From contig NC_086373.1 in the NCBI RefSeq assembly GCF_036588685.1, forward strand, positions 106,330,001 to 106,394,000: a stretch of DNA of 64,000 bases. Direction: 5' to 3'. The stretch comes from Mytilus trossulus (Eukaryota). The position numbers and the translations under genes are program-made. Of this stretch, positions 26,601 to 39,551 are shown piece by piece (position 1 is the stretch's first letter; every line of letters begins with the position of its first letter). Below the pieces are notes generated by a model. The model did not search any database. It worked only from the letters and a program-made list of their open reading frames with translations, and was not told where the DNA came from.

Positions 26601-28859
26601 CATATCCTAGAGTGTGTCAGTTAATTGTCAAGTGTGAATCTATAACTTAAAAGCATTGATGATGCATTCTGGTTTGTGTCTGAGTTACTTATCAAAGATG
26701 TATAGTGTATCCTGGTTTGTTGTAGTAACTCGTGAAAAATACAAGGTATATCATTCAATGATCTTTATCAAATGTGGTATGATGGCCAGTGAGACAACTC
26801 TCCAGAAGAGACCAAATGACTAAATAAGCTACCAACTGTTACCTTTGCCCATATAAATAAATTGCTTAAAATAATATTAATATTCAGACAATGACACTGA
26901 CCCAAATGAAGAAGACGTTGAACCCAAGTCATCAAACAAAATCTTTATAACTTTTGTCATTTATATTTTATTACTGTTTACTGCTTTTAAGTTTATGGGT
27001 TTTAACACACTGCATGTTATTAGTTATTAAGTTAAACAAATATTTATTTAAATTTTCAATAGATTATAAATATTTACAGTAATTCTTAAACGTTTTTTTT
27101 TTAATTTCTTTAATTCCTTGCTAATGTGTTTTTAATTGCTCTAATTATTTGCTGACTTGGGCAGAAGGTGTAACATAATACAACATTGTGCAGATGATTT
27201 GAATAAAGTTTTCCTTATCCCATTGAACTGAAAGTGTTTCCAAGAATTTATTCCCTGAACATTTCTATGAACTATGTGTCTTTCAGTGAAAGTTTGCAAA
27301 TATAACATATGCTTTCCTCATTTCTCAGTTATAAATAAGTTACATACACTAAATTTTAACTCTATTAGACAAGATGAATTTAGCCAATTTTGATTGTTCT
27401 GTAAATCTCCTTTTGGTTTTCATACTTTCAGATGTTGGTTTTTTTTGTTTTTTGTTTTTGGCTTTCTGAAAATTTTTGGTCTTTAAAGCATACATGATCA
27501 AGGTTATATCCAATAGGAAATTCAGTCCTTATATGCATTAAAGCATATATAATTCATATATTTAATGTGGCATTTTGAATCTAAGGGAGTCTGAAACTCA
27601 ATTTTTGAGTATTCCCTTTCAAATGTTTTTGTTATGGACAATATGTATGTAGTATACCAACTTTCCAAGAGATAAAGTAATTGACAGGAACAAACTAGTA
27701 AATATTTGTGAGATGTCTAGTAAGGAAACGTATTAATTGCAGTATTGGCAGCTACAATTATTTATTACATGAAACATATATTTTTCAGTCTATGAATAGA
27801 CTACTGATGGAAAGATATTTTCAGAGAAAATTTGGGCAAAGATCCAATGTAGAAATTAGAAAAGGGGGGGGGGGGGGGGGGGGTAACCTATTTGCTCTCT
27901 TTTATGGCTGAGGATGGATCAATATTATTCTGACTTACTTTTATTACCTAGATTATACTGAGAACTGTATTGTGATTAGAGGGATTTACTCAGGAAAACG
28001 TCCAATTTATGTTCAATAATTAGAAATATATGGAATATTTGATATAAGTTAGTTTGTATAAATTTGCTTTATAGATACATTGTGCAATTTGATTCCTCAA
28101 CTTCTTTTTGCTTTTTATTTAATAATAATCAGCTTGTATTATTATCTGAAGCCAAATAAGATAAGAATTTATATTAATCTAATCAAGAACCCATAAAGGG
28201 CATCATTTTACAACAATATTATGGACAATATGATTGGAAAAAAGAAAAAAACAAGAACCTTATATAATACAATGTACTGTCATGTTATGGACAGGATCAG
28301 AGCCTCAAACACATCATGTATGACTGTCTTACATAACTTTTACAAAATATCTCATAATAATCATATACTATTTTATATATTATAATTTTACACCTGGATC
28401 TTATTACTAAACATTTAATAATATAATTGCTTAGGCACATGAGAGTTGGTAAATGCTCATAATAAAAAAGATATTAAGATTGAATCTGGAAGATATCATC
28501 CTTAATGTGATGACAAAAAGTTGCATGTATTTAATTTTAGGATTGACTCTGGAAGATGTTATCACTAATGAGATTACCAGAGATAAAACACACTTTAAAG
28601 TTATATCATAAATAAACATTTTTAACTCAGTCATACAAAAACAACAAACCTAATCATATATGATACAGATTTTATTGACCTTTGTAGTTATAGCTATCTA
28701 TTAAGATTCAGTTACTTTGTGATTCTTCATCAAATATTACTTTCACAGATCATGCAGTCCCATTACATAGAAGTACGACTGATCTTTAAAAGTACACTAC
28801 ACATTTTTAATTAATTGATTGCTGGCAACTAGATAATGAAAACTGATTTTCTTATTCCA

Positions 28860-29450
28860 TTATTTATTATTGATAATGAATTGATGTACATAACGTACCT
28901 ATGAGTTGTCCATTGTCTATTAATAAAGAAGTGGTGTACATTGTGTACCTGTTTGGTTGTCTTATGTTTATTGATAAAGAAGTGGTGTACATTGTGTAAC
29001 CCGTTTGGTTGTCCTATGTCTATTAATAAAGAAGTGGTGTACATTGTGTACCCATTGGTTGTCCTATGTTTATTTATAAAGAATGGTTGTACATTGTGTA
29101 ACCATTGGTATCCCATGTTTATTTTTAAAGAATGTGCGTGCTTAATGTACTTTTTGGTTGTCCTATGTTTATTGATAAAAAATGGTTGTACATTGTGTAC
29201 CCATTGGTTGTCCTATTTTATATCGAATGGGTGTACCCATTGGTTGTCCTATGTTAATTGATAAAGAATGGGTGTGCATTGTGTACCCATTGGTTGTCCT
29301 ATGTTTATTGATAAAGAATGGGTGTGCATAATGTAATTAGTCTTCATCCCTTTCAATCTTTCACCTTTCTTTGATGTACCAGTACCTAATTATTGTCCAT
29401 ATTTTATTGATGAAGAATTGGCTGTAAATGATGTACATGCTTATGTTCCT
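28860..29450. repeat. Degenerate ~50-bp minisatellite
   Basis: Unit approximately ttgataaagaatgggtgtacattgtgtacccattggttgtcctatgttta. Confidence 0.85.
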
Positions 29451-30730
29451 ATGTTTCTTTTAAAAGATGGGATGCATAAGTTCTCTTTTATGACCACTTT
29501 TAGTCTACCACCTCAGATAACAAAAGATCATTGCAAGACATTATTTAAAAGATAAAAGTATTAAAATAAATGGAACCACTAGCAAGAAAATTGATGAAAA
29601 CTTGAATGATATATGACATGATAAAAGACAACATTCTGTAGCTAATTAGTGATAGAACTTTTCTGTCATATTTATGTTTACTTATGGATAGATTCAGCTC
29701 TTAATTCAATCATTCTGTTTACATATAGTGTAATGATTAATTACTATAGGAGAAACATTTTTTGTAATCACTTTTCTTAAGGGAGAAGGCTGGAGCTGTT
29801 TAAGATCTTAAGCTAATAAGACTGTTGTTAAATTGTCAGCCTAGACTCTACAAACCGAGCTACAAACCATGTAAGATGACCTGCTACTTATTTGGTAGAA
29901 AAGTCTATAAGAATTGATTTATAAATGAATGGTAGGGAAATAAAGATTTAAAAAGCTTTTTTCACCATTTGAGTTTAGTAATTGAATTTTATTGGCTGTT
30001 TTTATGAGATAGAATAGATATTACACATACAATTCATTAAATGCATTCAGCTTCTTAATGAAAAGCCTTCCAATAATCAATTCAGATAAAGAAATGAACT
30101 ATTACAGAAGTTTGAAAGAAATTAACTATTATATGAAGTTTGTAATGACATCAGTTTTCATGTTAAATCCTTTCATTGGAGTTTATAATCTTGCAGTGGA
30201 AGAAGTCACCTATTAGAAATATTTATATAGTAGATATTTTCTTTGTGTTGTCACATTTGTTCACCTATACAAATGTTCTCCTATACAAATGTTCTATTTT
30301 CACTCTTGTTGCATACACACCATTATACCGATGCAAAGAAAAAAGAAAAGTATCTTTAATGTAGAGTACATATAAACTATAAATGTATTATTAATCATGT
30401 TTCTTCCATTAGCCAGTGCTATGTACATGTTTTCTGTGACGTATTAATTCAGGATTGCTGAGATAAACGGCTATAATCAGATAAATTTACTATGATTTAA
30501 CCAATTCCATCTCTAGTAGCTGTAGGATATTTTGTTACATTCACAATTTTTTGTGATTTTTCTTTAAATATTTTAAAAAAAAACTCATGATAAGACAGAT
30601 GAAAACAAGAGAGCTTGAGTATTAAAAAATTTAAATTTCTGAGGAATTCTTTATACCTACCCAATAAAGATGTATGGTGTAACTTTGTTTGTGTCAGCTT
30701 AGCTTGCCAAGCAAATATGGTGTATCCTAA

Positions 30731-31640
30731 AGTGTGAACCTTTAACTAAAAAGCATTGATGATGTATTCTGGTTTGTGTCTGAGTTACTTGTCAAAGATA
30801 TATGATGTATCCTGGTTTGTTTTAGTAACTTTTGAAAAATACAAGGTGTATCATTCAAAGATCTTTATCAAATGTGGTATTTTGGCCAGTGACACGACTC
30901 TCCAGACGAGACCAAATGTGGTATTATGGCCAGTGATATCTTGGGAAGAGACCAAATGACTAAAGAAGCTACCAACTGTTACCTTTGCCCATATAAATAA
31001 ATTGCTTAAAATAATATTAATATTTATACAATGACTTTGACCCAAATGTCAAGAAGACGATGAACCCAAGTCAACAAACAAAAACTTTATAACTTTTGTC
31101 ATTTATATTTTATTACTGTTTACTGCTTTAAAGTGTATAGGTTTTAACACACTGCATATTATTAGTTATTAAGTTAAACAAATATTTATTTAAATTTTAA
31201 ATGAATTATAAATATTTGCAGTATTTCTAACTTTTTTTTTTTAATTTCTTGAATTCCTTGCTAACGTTTTTTTAATTGCTCTAATTATTTGCCAACATTG
31301 TCAGAAGGTGTAACATGATACAACATTGTGCAGATGAATTTAATAACGTTTTCTTTGTCCCATTTAACTGAAAGTGTTTCCAAGAATTTATTCCCTGAAC
31401 ATTTCTATGAACTAATTTAACTGAAAGTGTTTCCAAGAATTTATTCCCTGAACATTTCTATGAACTAATGTGTCTTTCAGTAAAAGTTTGCAAATATAAC
31501 ACATGTTTTCCTCATTTCTCAGTTATAAATAAGTTACAAAAAATAAATTTTAACTCCATTGGGCAAGATGAATTTAGCCAATTTTGATTGTTCTGTAAAT
31601 CTCCTTTTGGTTTTCATATTTTCAGATGTTGTTTTTTGTT
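30731..31640 (+). repeat. Local duplication of 26631-27447
   Basis: Colinear high-identity copy from agtgtgaa...aaaagcattgatgatg to ttcagatgttg, with small internal tandem duplications. Confidence 0.9.
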
Positions 31641-32683
31641 GAGGGTTCAACTTTAGTCGAAAAAGCGAGACTAAGCGATCCTACATTCTGTCGTCGTCTG
31701 CGGCGGCGTCCACAAATATTCACTCTGTGGTTAAAGTTTTTGAAATTTTAATAACTATCTAAACAATACTGGATTTCTACCAAACTTGAACAGAAGCTTG
31801 TTTATGATCATAAGATAGTATCCAGAAGTAAATTTTGTAAAAATAAAATCCGTATTTTACTTATAAATGGACTTAGTTTTTTTTCTGCGGGGAAACATTA
31901 CATTCACTCTGTGGTCAAAGTTTTTAAAGTTTTAATAACTTTCTTAAACTATCCTTGGTTTGTACCAAACTTGGACAGAAGCTTGTTTATGATCATAAGA
32001 TAGTATCCAGAAGTAAATTTTGTAAAAAAATAAATCCATTTTTTCCGTATTTTACTTTTAAATGGACTTAGTTTTTCTGCGGGGAAACATTACATTCACT
32101 CTGTGGTCAAAGTTTTTAAAGTTTTAATAACTTTCTTAAACTATCCTTGGTTTGTACCAAACTTGGACAGAAGCTTGTTTATGATCATAAGATAGTATCC
32201 AGAAGTAAATTTTGTAAAAAAATAAATCCATTTTTTTCTGTATTTTACTTTTAAATGGACTTAGTTTTTCTGCGGGGAAATATTACATGCACTCTGTGGT
32301 TAAAGTTTTTAAAATTTTAATAACTTTCATAAACTATCCTGGGTTTGTACCAAACTTGGACAGAAGCTTATTTATGATCATAAGATAATATCCAGAAGTA
32401 AATTTAGTAAAAAGATAACTCCATTTTTTCTGTATTTCACTTTTAAATGGACTTAGATTTTCTTCCAGTTAACATAACATACAGTCTGCAGTTAAAGTTT
32501 TCAAAACATTTATTAGATTCATTAACTATCCTAAATTTTTACCAAACTTGGACAGAAGCTTGTTACAATCATAAGATAATATCAAGAGGAATATTTTTAT
32601 TGATTTTTTTCCTCATTTTTGCTGAGCCTGCGATTTACAGCAAAAGTAGGCGAGACACTGGGATCTGCTGAACTATTACAAAT
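31640..32683 (+). mobile_element. Helentron-associated non-autonomous element (HINE/pearl-like) with ~190-bp internal tandem repeats
   Basis: Starts in a T run and carries a (gtc/ggc) microsatellite. About 5 repeats, with cactctgtgg at 31721, 31905, 32097 and 32290. The gcgagac motif occurs near both ends. Confidence 0.8.
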
Positions 32684-32925
32684 TAGCCAGTGCAATGTAC
32701 ATGTTTTCTGTGACGTATTAATTCAGGATTGCTGAGATCAGATAAATTTACTATGATTTAACCAATTCCATCTCTAGTAGCTGTAGGATATTTTGTTACA
32801 TTCACAATTTTTTGTGATTTTTCTTTAAATATTTAAAAAAAAAACTCATGATAAGACAGATGAAAACAAGAGAGCTTGAGTATTAAAAAATTTAAATTTC
32901 TGAGGAATTCTTTATACCTACCCAA
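32682..32925 (+). repeat. Direct repeat of 30408-30664
   Basis: attagccagtgc...tttatacctacccaa is near-identical in both copies. This copy has a 13-bp deletion. Confidence 0.9.
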
Positions 32926-33776
32926 CCCAGGATTAATTGTGATCCTCTTATGCCTAAAAGTAACCAGCTATCACTATACAAGAGGTCCATAGGGTTTTGT
33001 GAAATGAAAGCTTATCTATTGTTTTTGGTATTACTTTCAGTTACTTTTTATCAAATTCAAATGTTGCTTTGAAACAAATATAAAATCGAGGACATTTAAA
33101 ATTGAAAGTTTAATGACACGTTTCATGTCTGGAGTGATTCCAGATGGTACATGTAGGCGCAACTATATTTTGAAATAAATTGTATAACATTTAGAAACAC
33201 AACCTGTTTCCACATTAAAACAATCAATTGCCTTACAAAGGATATATTTACAACATCTTGTTTACAAATGACAAATACTTGATTAATGATGTAGTATGTA
33301 TTGAATGACGTATGATATGTGTGACGATAAAATAAAATGTTAATGTGACGTGGATCATGTATTGTATATAGGAGAATTGAAGGATCGTAGAAATTCTAGT
33401 TATTTGAAATGTTTGTGTAAGTTTAATTTTGAGCAGGGTTATATCACGGAATGAAAATAGGATTGGGGTGTAAAGTAAAGGTGTTTTAGTAAGAGACTCC
33501 CAATGTGACCCTGATTTAGGAGCAAATAAATAAGATGATACAATTAGTCATTAGGTGAGGGGACTAATTAGGAGATTTCTACAGAAGCTTGAAAAAGAAT
33601 GATTATATACTGGATGTGAAAGATATGACATCCAATTTTAAGAAAAATAAGTTGAGCAGAGTTAAAAATAAATGATATTTAGTCAGATAATTGCTGGGTT
33701 GCTGTCTTGTATATGCCCATCCAAATCTTGGTTGTTATATGTTAAGAAAGATATTGACAGTGACGGTTCACGGGCT

Positions 33777-34888
33777 ATCAGTGAAGGGTTACTGGCATAG
33801 TAACTATTAGTGAAGGTTCATTGACATCCTATTACACTTTCAGTGAAGGGTTACTGGCATAGTAACTATTAGTGAAGGTTCATTGACATCCTATTACACT
33901 TTCAGTGAAGGGTTACTGGCATAGTAACTATTAGTGAAGGTTCATTGACATCCTATTACACTTTCAGTGAAGGGTTACTGGCATAGTAACTATTAGTGAA
34001 GGTTCATTGACATCCTATTACACTTTCAGTGAAGGGTTACTGGCATAGTAACTATTAGTGAAGGTTCATTGACATCCTATTACACTTTCAGTGAAGGGTT
34101 ACTGGCATAGTAACTATTAGTGAAGGTTCATTGACATCCTATTACACTATCAGTGAAGGGTTACTGGCATAGTAACTATTAGTGAAGGTTCATTGACATC
34201 CTATTACACTATCAGTGAAGGGTTACTGGCATAGTAACTATTAGTGAAGGTTCATTGACATCCTATTACACTATCAGTGAAGGGTTACTGGCATAGTAAC
34301 TATTAGTGAAGGTTCATTGACATCCTATTACACTATCAGTGAAGGGTTACTGGCATAGTAACTATTAGTGAAGGTTCATTGACATCCTATTACACTATCA
34401 GTGAAGGGTTACTGGCATAGTAACTATTAGTGAAGGTTCATTGACATCCTATTACACTTTCAGTGAAGGGTTACTGGCATAGTAACTATTAGTGAAGGTT
34501 CATTGACATCCTATTACACTATCAGTGAAGGGTTACTGGCATAGTAACTATTAGTGAAGGTTCATTGACATCCTATTACACTATCAGTGAAGGGTTACTG
34601 GCATAGTAACTATTAGTGAAGGTTCATTGACATCCTATTACACTATCAGTGAAGGGTTACTGGCATAGTAGTGAAGGTTCATTGACATCCTATTACACTA
34701 TCAGTGAAGGGTTACTGGCATAGTAACTATCAGTGAAGGTTCATTGACATCCTATTACACTATCAGTGAAGGGTTACTGGCATAGTAACTATTAGTGAAG
34801 GTTCATTGACATCCTATTACACTATCAGTGAAGGGTTACTGGCATAGTAACTATTAGTGAAGGTTCATTGACATCCTATTACACTTTC
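33777..34888. repeat. 62-bp minisatellite, ~18 copies
   Basis: Unit cagtgaagggttactggcatagtaactattagtgaaggttcattgacatcctattacact(t/a)t. Confidence 0.95.
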
Positions 34889-35322
34889 ATGTTAGTTGAT
34901 GTATGTCTGATAAGTTTCCCATGATTCAGCATCCATCCTTAACATTATCTTCATATCATATCTCCAGACCATACCATTTAAATCAAAACACTTGATTTTA
35001 AGTTTTAAGATAGTGATCTTAAATGTTGTTGCCAATATTTACCAGTTCTAGAAGAAAAACAGAAGCTTTTGGATATCAAGCCCAAAAAGTCATAATGAAC
35101 CCTCTCTTCAAAATATTTATTTTTCATCTTATTACATTTAGATATTGACCATATGTGTAATGTCTAGAGTGTTGGACTTCAGTAGCACTATTTTGCGGTG
35201 CCAATGTTCAGCCATCAAAAAGTTTGTTTTTAAAAGAAAAGAAAAAACATTGTTACTCTTGAAAAGAACATTTACATTATCCCACATTTCAGTAGCTTTA
35301 TATTTGTTTATTTCTTTTTCAG

Positions 35323-35505
35323 TTTTGATGTAGAAAATGGAACTGGCCCAGGTCGTCCTACCCTTGAAGGTTCAAGTCCGTCTTCCAGTCGTCTTGTCCT
35401 ACAAAACCTTCCACAGAGACGAGAATCTTTTCTCTATAGATCAGACAGCGACTATGACTTGTCTCCAAAATCAGTGTCCAGACACTCATCCATGCAAAGT
35501 GAGAT
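35323..35505 (+). CDS. PDE4: PDE4 (cAMP-specific 3',5'-phosphodiesterase, dunce orthologue) first common exon, encoding the start of UCR1
   Basis: Acceptor tttctttttcag|, donor |gtaagt. 183 nt, phase 2/2. Translates to (x)[60 protein letters not shown], matching the PDE4 long-isoform FDVENG motif and the UCR1 [16 protein letters not shown]-site motif. Confidence 0.96.
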
Positions 35506-37329
35506 GTAAGTATTAGTAGTGGATCTTATCTTTAATCAGGGTACATGAAAACAGCCAGAAACAGTTGAACTTAAATTATTTTAGTCAGTATAGAACATTC
35601 AGTAGGATTAAAACATACTGATGAAATGAAAGGTCTGTTAAAAGAAACAATAAATGTTTAAAATTTGCTATCTTAGAAAAATCGATAACTTTACAAATAA
35701 TTTCATCATCTCCAAGCATATTATAGTTACCTCCCATATAAAAAGTTATAATGCAGTGTTGAAGTCTACCAGAGTTACTTCCCTTTCAATGTTGAACTTT
35801 AAATTGTAAAGTGATATAGTTTGCGATGTATATGTATTGATTTCTGTCCTCCAGAATTATAGATGATATTACGTCAGTCTTAGATAATTTATTTTCAAGC
35901 ATGACATCTGTCATTTATATCCTATTTCAGATCTAATGATAATTAACTTGAATGTTATTTGTTTTTATTTAGACAGATTTGTACCAAAAAATTAACTGAC
36001 ATTTCTCCTGGCATGTTTTAGGTAGTTCAGATGTTAGTTAGACCACAAAGGACACAGTTATTCATTGCTTATAAAACTTTTCTGTTATCAGTATTCAGTT
36101 TTAAAATCCTAATAATGTCAATCAATATATTATATTTGTTTCAAATGCGGAAAACTTTGGGTTTTTTTCCAATGTAATTGTCATATATATTATTGTCCTT
36201 CAAATTTTCTTATTCGTATCACCTAACAAAGAAGTCCAAGTCTTTCATCAAAGTTTTTGGGTTTTTTATGAAAAGAATTGATTCAATATTTGGTCTGCAG
36301 CTGAATAATGCTGTGCAAAAAATTCTTGGCTTCTATGGCAGGGCTTAACAATTTGACAGCCCTTTTTCTCCCCTTATTTGTTTTCTCACTACAACTCAAC
36401 ATTATCTGACAGCAGACCAAATATAAAACCATTCCCTTTCTTAGAAGCCTAGAAAACTTTGAAACGAGTAGTCAATTTTTACTTCCAACCCTTAGCAACT
36501 TTTGTAAGCCAATAGTTAGACTTACAATTCTAATAGTACAAAGAAATTTTTGTCATGGTTTTCTTGGCTAAGAAATCAATTTTTACATCCAGTGTACAGC
36601 CACTTCCTGTTGGCCGATATATTGAAATTAAACAGCATTCATTATACAAGAAAGTTTTCATTAAAGCTTCTTAAGATGACAACCCATTTCCTCTCTTTAT
36701 ATTAGATGTCTTTTGGGAAAAGGGGGTTTGAATTTGTTAGTTCTTTTTTTAATGCTCTTTCACCAAGCTCTTTAAGAATTGGCAGAAATGATTGGTAATG
36801 TACCTGTTGAATGATACTCTAGACTCTTGAGTTTAAAAATACTTTGAATAATTATCTTGTATCAAATTTCAATTTCTAACATTAAGTATGTTATCACTGT
36901 ACAAATGAACTTTTTATTTCAGCTTTGGTAGACACCTTAACTTTTTATTTCAGCTTCAGAAAAATATTTGAACTCTTTGTTTTAGCTTTAGACATCCAAA
37001 ACAGACCTTTTAAATTTTTTTTTTCAGCTTTGGGTAATGCTTATTAATATAACAGCTTTGGTAGAAACCTTAACTTTTTATTTCAGCTTCAGAAAAATAT
37101 TTGAACTCTTTGTTTTAGCTTTAGACATCCAAAACAGAGCTTTTAATTACTTTTTTCAGCTTTGGGTAATGCATATTAATATTACAGAGCTTTTTAAGTA
37201 TTTTTCAGCTTTAGGTAGTATTAGTAATTTATAGTAATTCAGTATTTCAAATCAGTGTGTTGGCTTTTGCTATTAGATGTAAAGATAAAAATCTTTAAAA
37301 GTACATCTTTGTGCATTTTGTCATTGAAG

Positions 37330-37371
37330 GTCACCACCGACACCAACATCACACACCACTAAAGGTCCCCA
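37330..37371 (+). CDS. PDE4: Candidate 42-nt cassette microexon of PDE4 inside UCR1 (SPPTPTSHTTKGP)
   Basis: Acceptor ttttgtcattgaag|, donor CA|gtaagt. Phase 2/2, in frame with 35323-35505. C-rich island in AT-rich DNA, with TACTAAC at 37394-37400 just downstream. Confidence 0.62.
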
Positions 37372-39441
37372 GTAAGTGTCTTTGCTATGTTTTTACTAAC
37401 ATACCAAATGTTTAGATAGACTGCAAAACTTTCTTTTATTCACAGCTGTTTGATATTTACTTATTGATTTACATTACTACTTTTTTAGCTGTGTAATAAT
37501 ATAAATTGTATATACTTACTTCACTGAAATATTTAACTTATAATTGCACTATTGTGTATCTTATTTCTGTACTGTGATGTATCAAACATTTATGTGTTGA
37601 CTGCTTTAAAACATTAGAGTTACCTCCCATTGACCAAAGATAAGTGTTTATAATAAAAATTTTGCAATAAAATATTTTTGATGTTCTGTAGAGTAAATTG
37701 GATAGATCTTGATTAACTATGTCTAAAATATCATTTCAAAATGCATTTTAGGATTTGATAGTTTATTGACTTTAAGATAAAACCATTTAATTGCAGTGCC
37801 ATGCCACTGACTCACAGCTGTATCAGTATCAGTTATCTTTATTTTGAATATATCCAATGATTTTCTGAAGATTTCTGCAGTTTTTATATACACATCTGTC
37901 AACAAGTTATATTGTTTTGTAAACTCAGTTCACGATTCACACAATCTGTCAAATTTTCTCTAATGAATAGGCAAATGAACTACACGCTAAACAAGCAGCT
38001 AGAAATTGTGCTGATTTCTGCATGTTAGTATGGCTACCTGTTTGTCTGTATGTGATGATGTGTTTTGTTGCTGTGCTTGTTCTAGATCCCTATCCAAAAT
38101 ACTGTAATGGTTAAAACACTTTTAAGTTGCAGTCTACAATTCAGTTCTTTTTATTTATCAACTAGTGAAAAGCTTACAAATTATTTTTTTTTTATAGAAG
38201 TTTTCAAATATATCATATTAAATAGATAGTAGTTATCGTGCAAGCTTTTATAAAAATATGAAACCTTAGATTGTTATGACATTTTATAATAGATATTGTT
38301 TCAAAGATGACTGTGATTATATGTGTTTTGAAAGAAAGGTGAAAATATATTTGTATGGTGAATTAAAGTTCAAGAGGAGATAATTGGACCATGTTTCACA
38401 TATCAAAGAGTGATAACTTTGGCTTCACTTTGCCATTAATTTTATCATTGTTTCCCATACAAAATTACAGTAGATAATATATTCAAATTATAATAACTAG
38501 TTGTATATTAACATGCTCTTTCACAAATTGATTTATAAAATGTCATGATACAAAGTTTTCAAATTAAAACTTTTTATTACTTAGTTAAATAAGATGGTAG
38601 ATATTTTGGAATTGACATAGTTTGGGTAAGATCTGCTACCCTTTTGTCACCATACTTGATTCAATGTGCACAAATTTCTACATGAATCAGCCAAAAAGAT
38701 ATGACAAAAATACTGAATGCCAAGTTGAATTCCAAAAAAGTCCATTAAAACTGACAATATCAAGTGTTATTAACCATCAAACATGTGAAAAAAACCTCAT
38801 ATTTCTAACTTGGTACTTTAAATTGAGAATGAAAATTGGGAATGTGTGAAAGACATAATAACCTGACCAAAGATCATTTTCCTAAGAAATTTATAGCTAC
38901 CTTAACCTCCCACTTTATGACAATTGCAATTGTTTTAGTTCCATTATATTGACAAAATTGGGTGAGCAAACCAAACAAACACAAAAGGTAAATGTAGGTT
39001 TGATGCATTGCTTAATTATAATCAGTATGATCTAGTAAGGATCTCTTAGGACTTGTTAGTACCACATTTTTCAAATAATAAAATCAACCACTTCCAAAAT
39101 GGTGACCAAGAGAATTAACTCAAAATATGTCAAATTGAAACCTGTTTATTTACTCTTCTAAACTTCTTATAAATTACAGTGTTAACCATTCATTGTCGAA
39201 TATTTTCTTTACACTGCATTTACTTCATATTAAAAACAATCTTTCTCAAGCACTGGACTGATGTTTTTTACCTATTTAAACTTTGGAAGATGTTTAGGCC
39301 TATTTGTTATTCTGAAAGGGGAACTCCTATTAGTTAAGTACAGGAATAGATTTAAGAATATTAAACATTGTAATGTTTTTTGAATAACATTGGTAGATAA
39401 GATTTGTCAGATTATATCATGAATAACAAAACATAATACAT

Positions 39442-39551
39442 ACATAAGATAGGTTTCAGTCCAATGAATATTCAGTGACATAAGATATGTTTCAGTCCAA
39501 TGAATATTCAGTGACATAAGATATGTTTCAGTCCAATGAATATTCAGTGAC
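39442..39551. repeat. 36-bp tandem repeat x3
   Basis: acataagatatgtttcagtccaatgaatattcagtg. Confidence 0.9.

Noticed and set aside
27864-27883. Poly-G run / G-quadruplex
   Set aside because: It is a simple homopolymer with no supporting context.
28829-29261. Overlapping ORFs of 95 and 106 aa
   Set aside because: They derive from the degenerate ~50-bp minisatellite.
33777-34888. CRISPR-like regular array (also 20397-21063 and 57230-58339)
   Set aside because: There are no unique spacers and no cas genes, and the context is eukaryotic. These are plain minisatellites.
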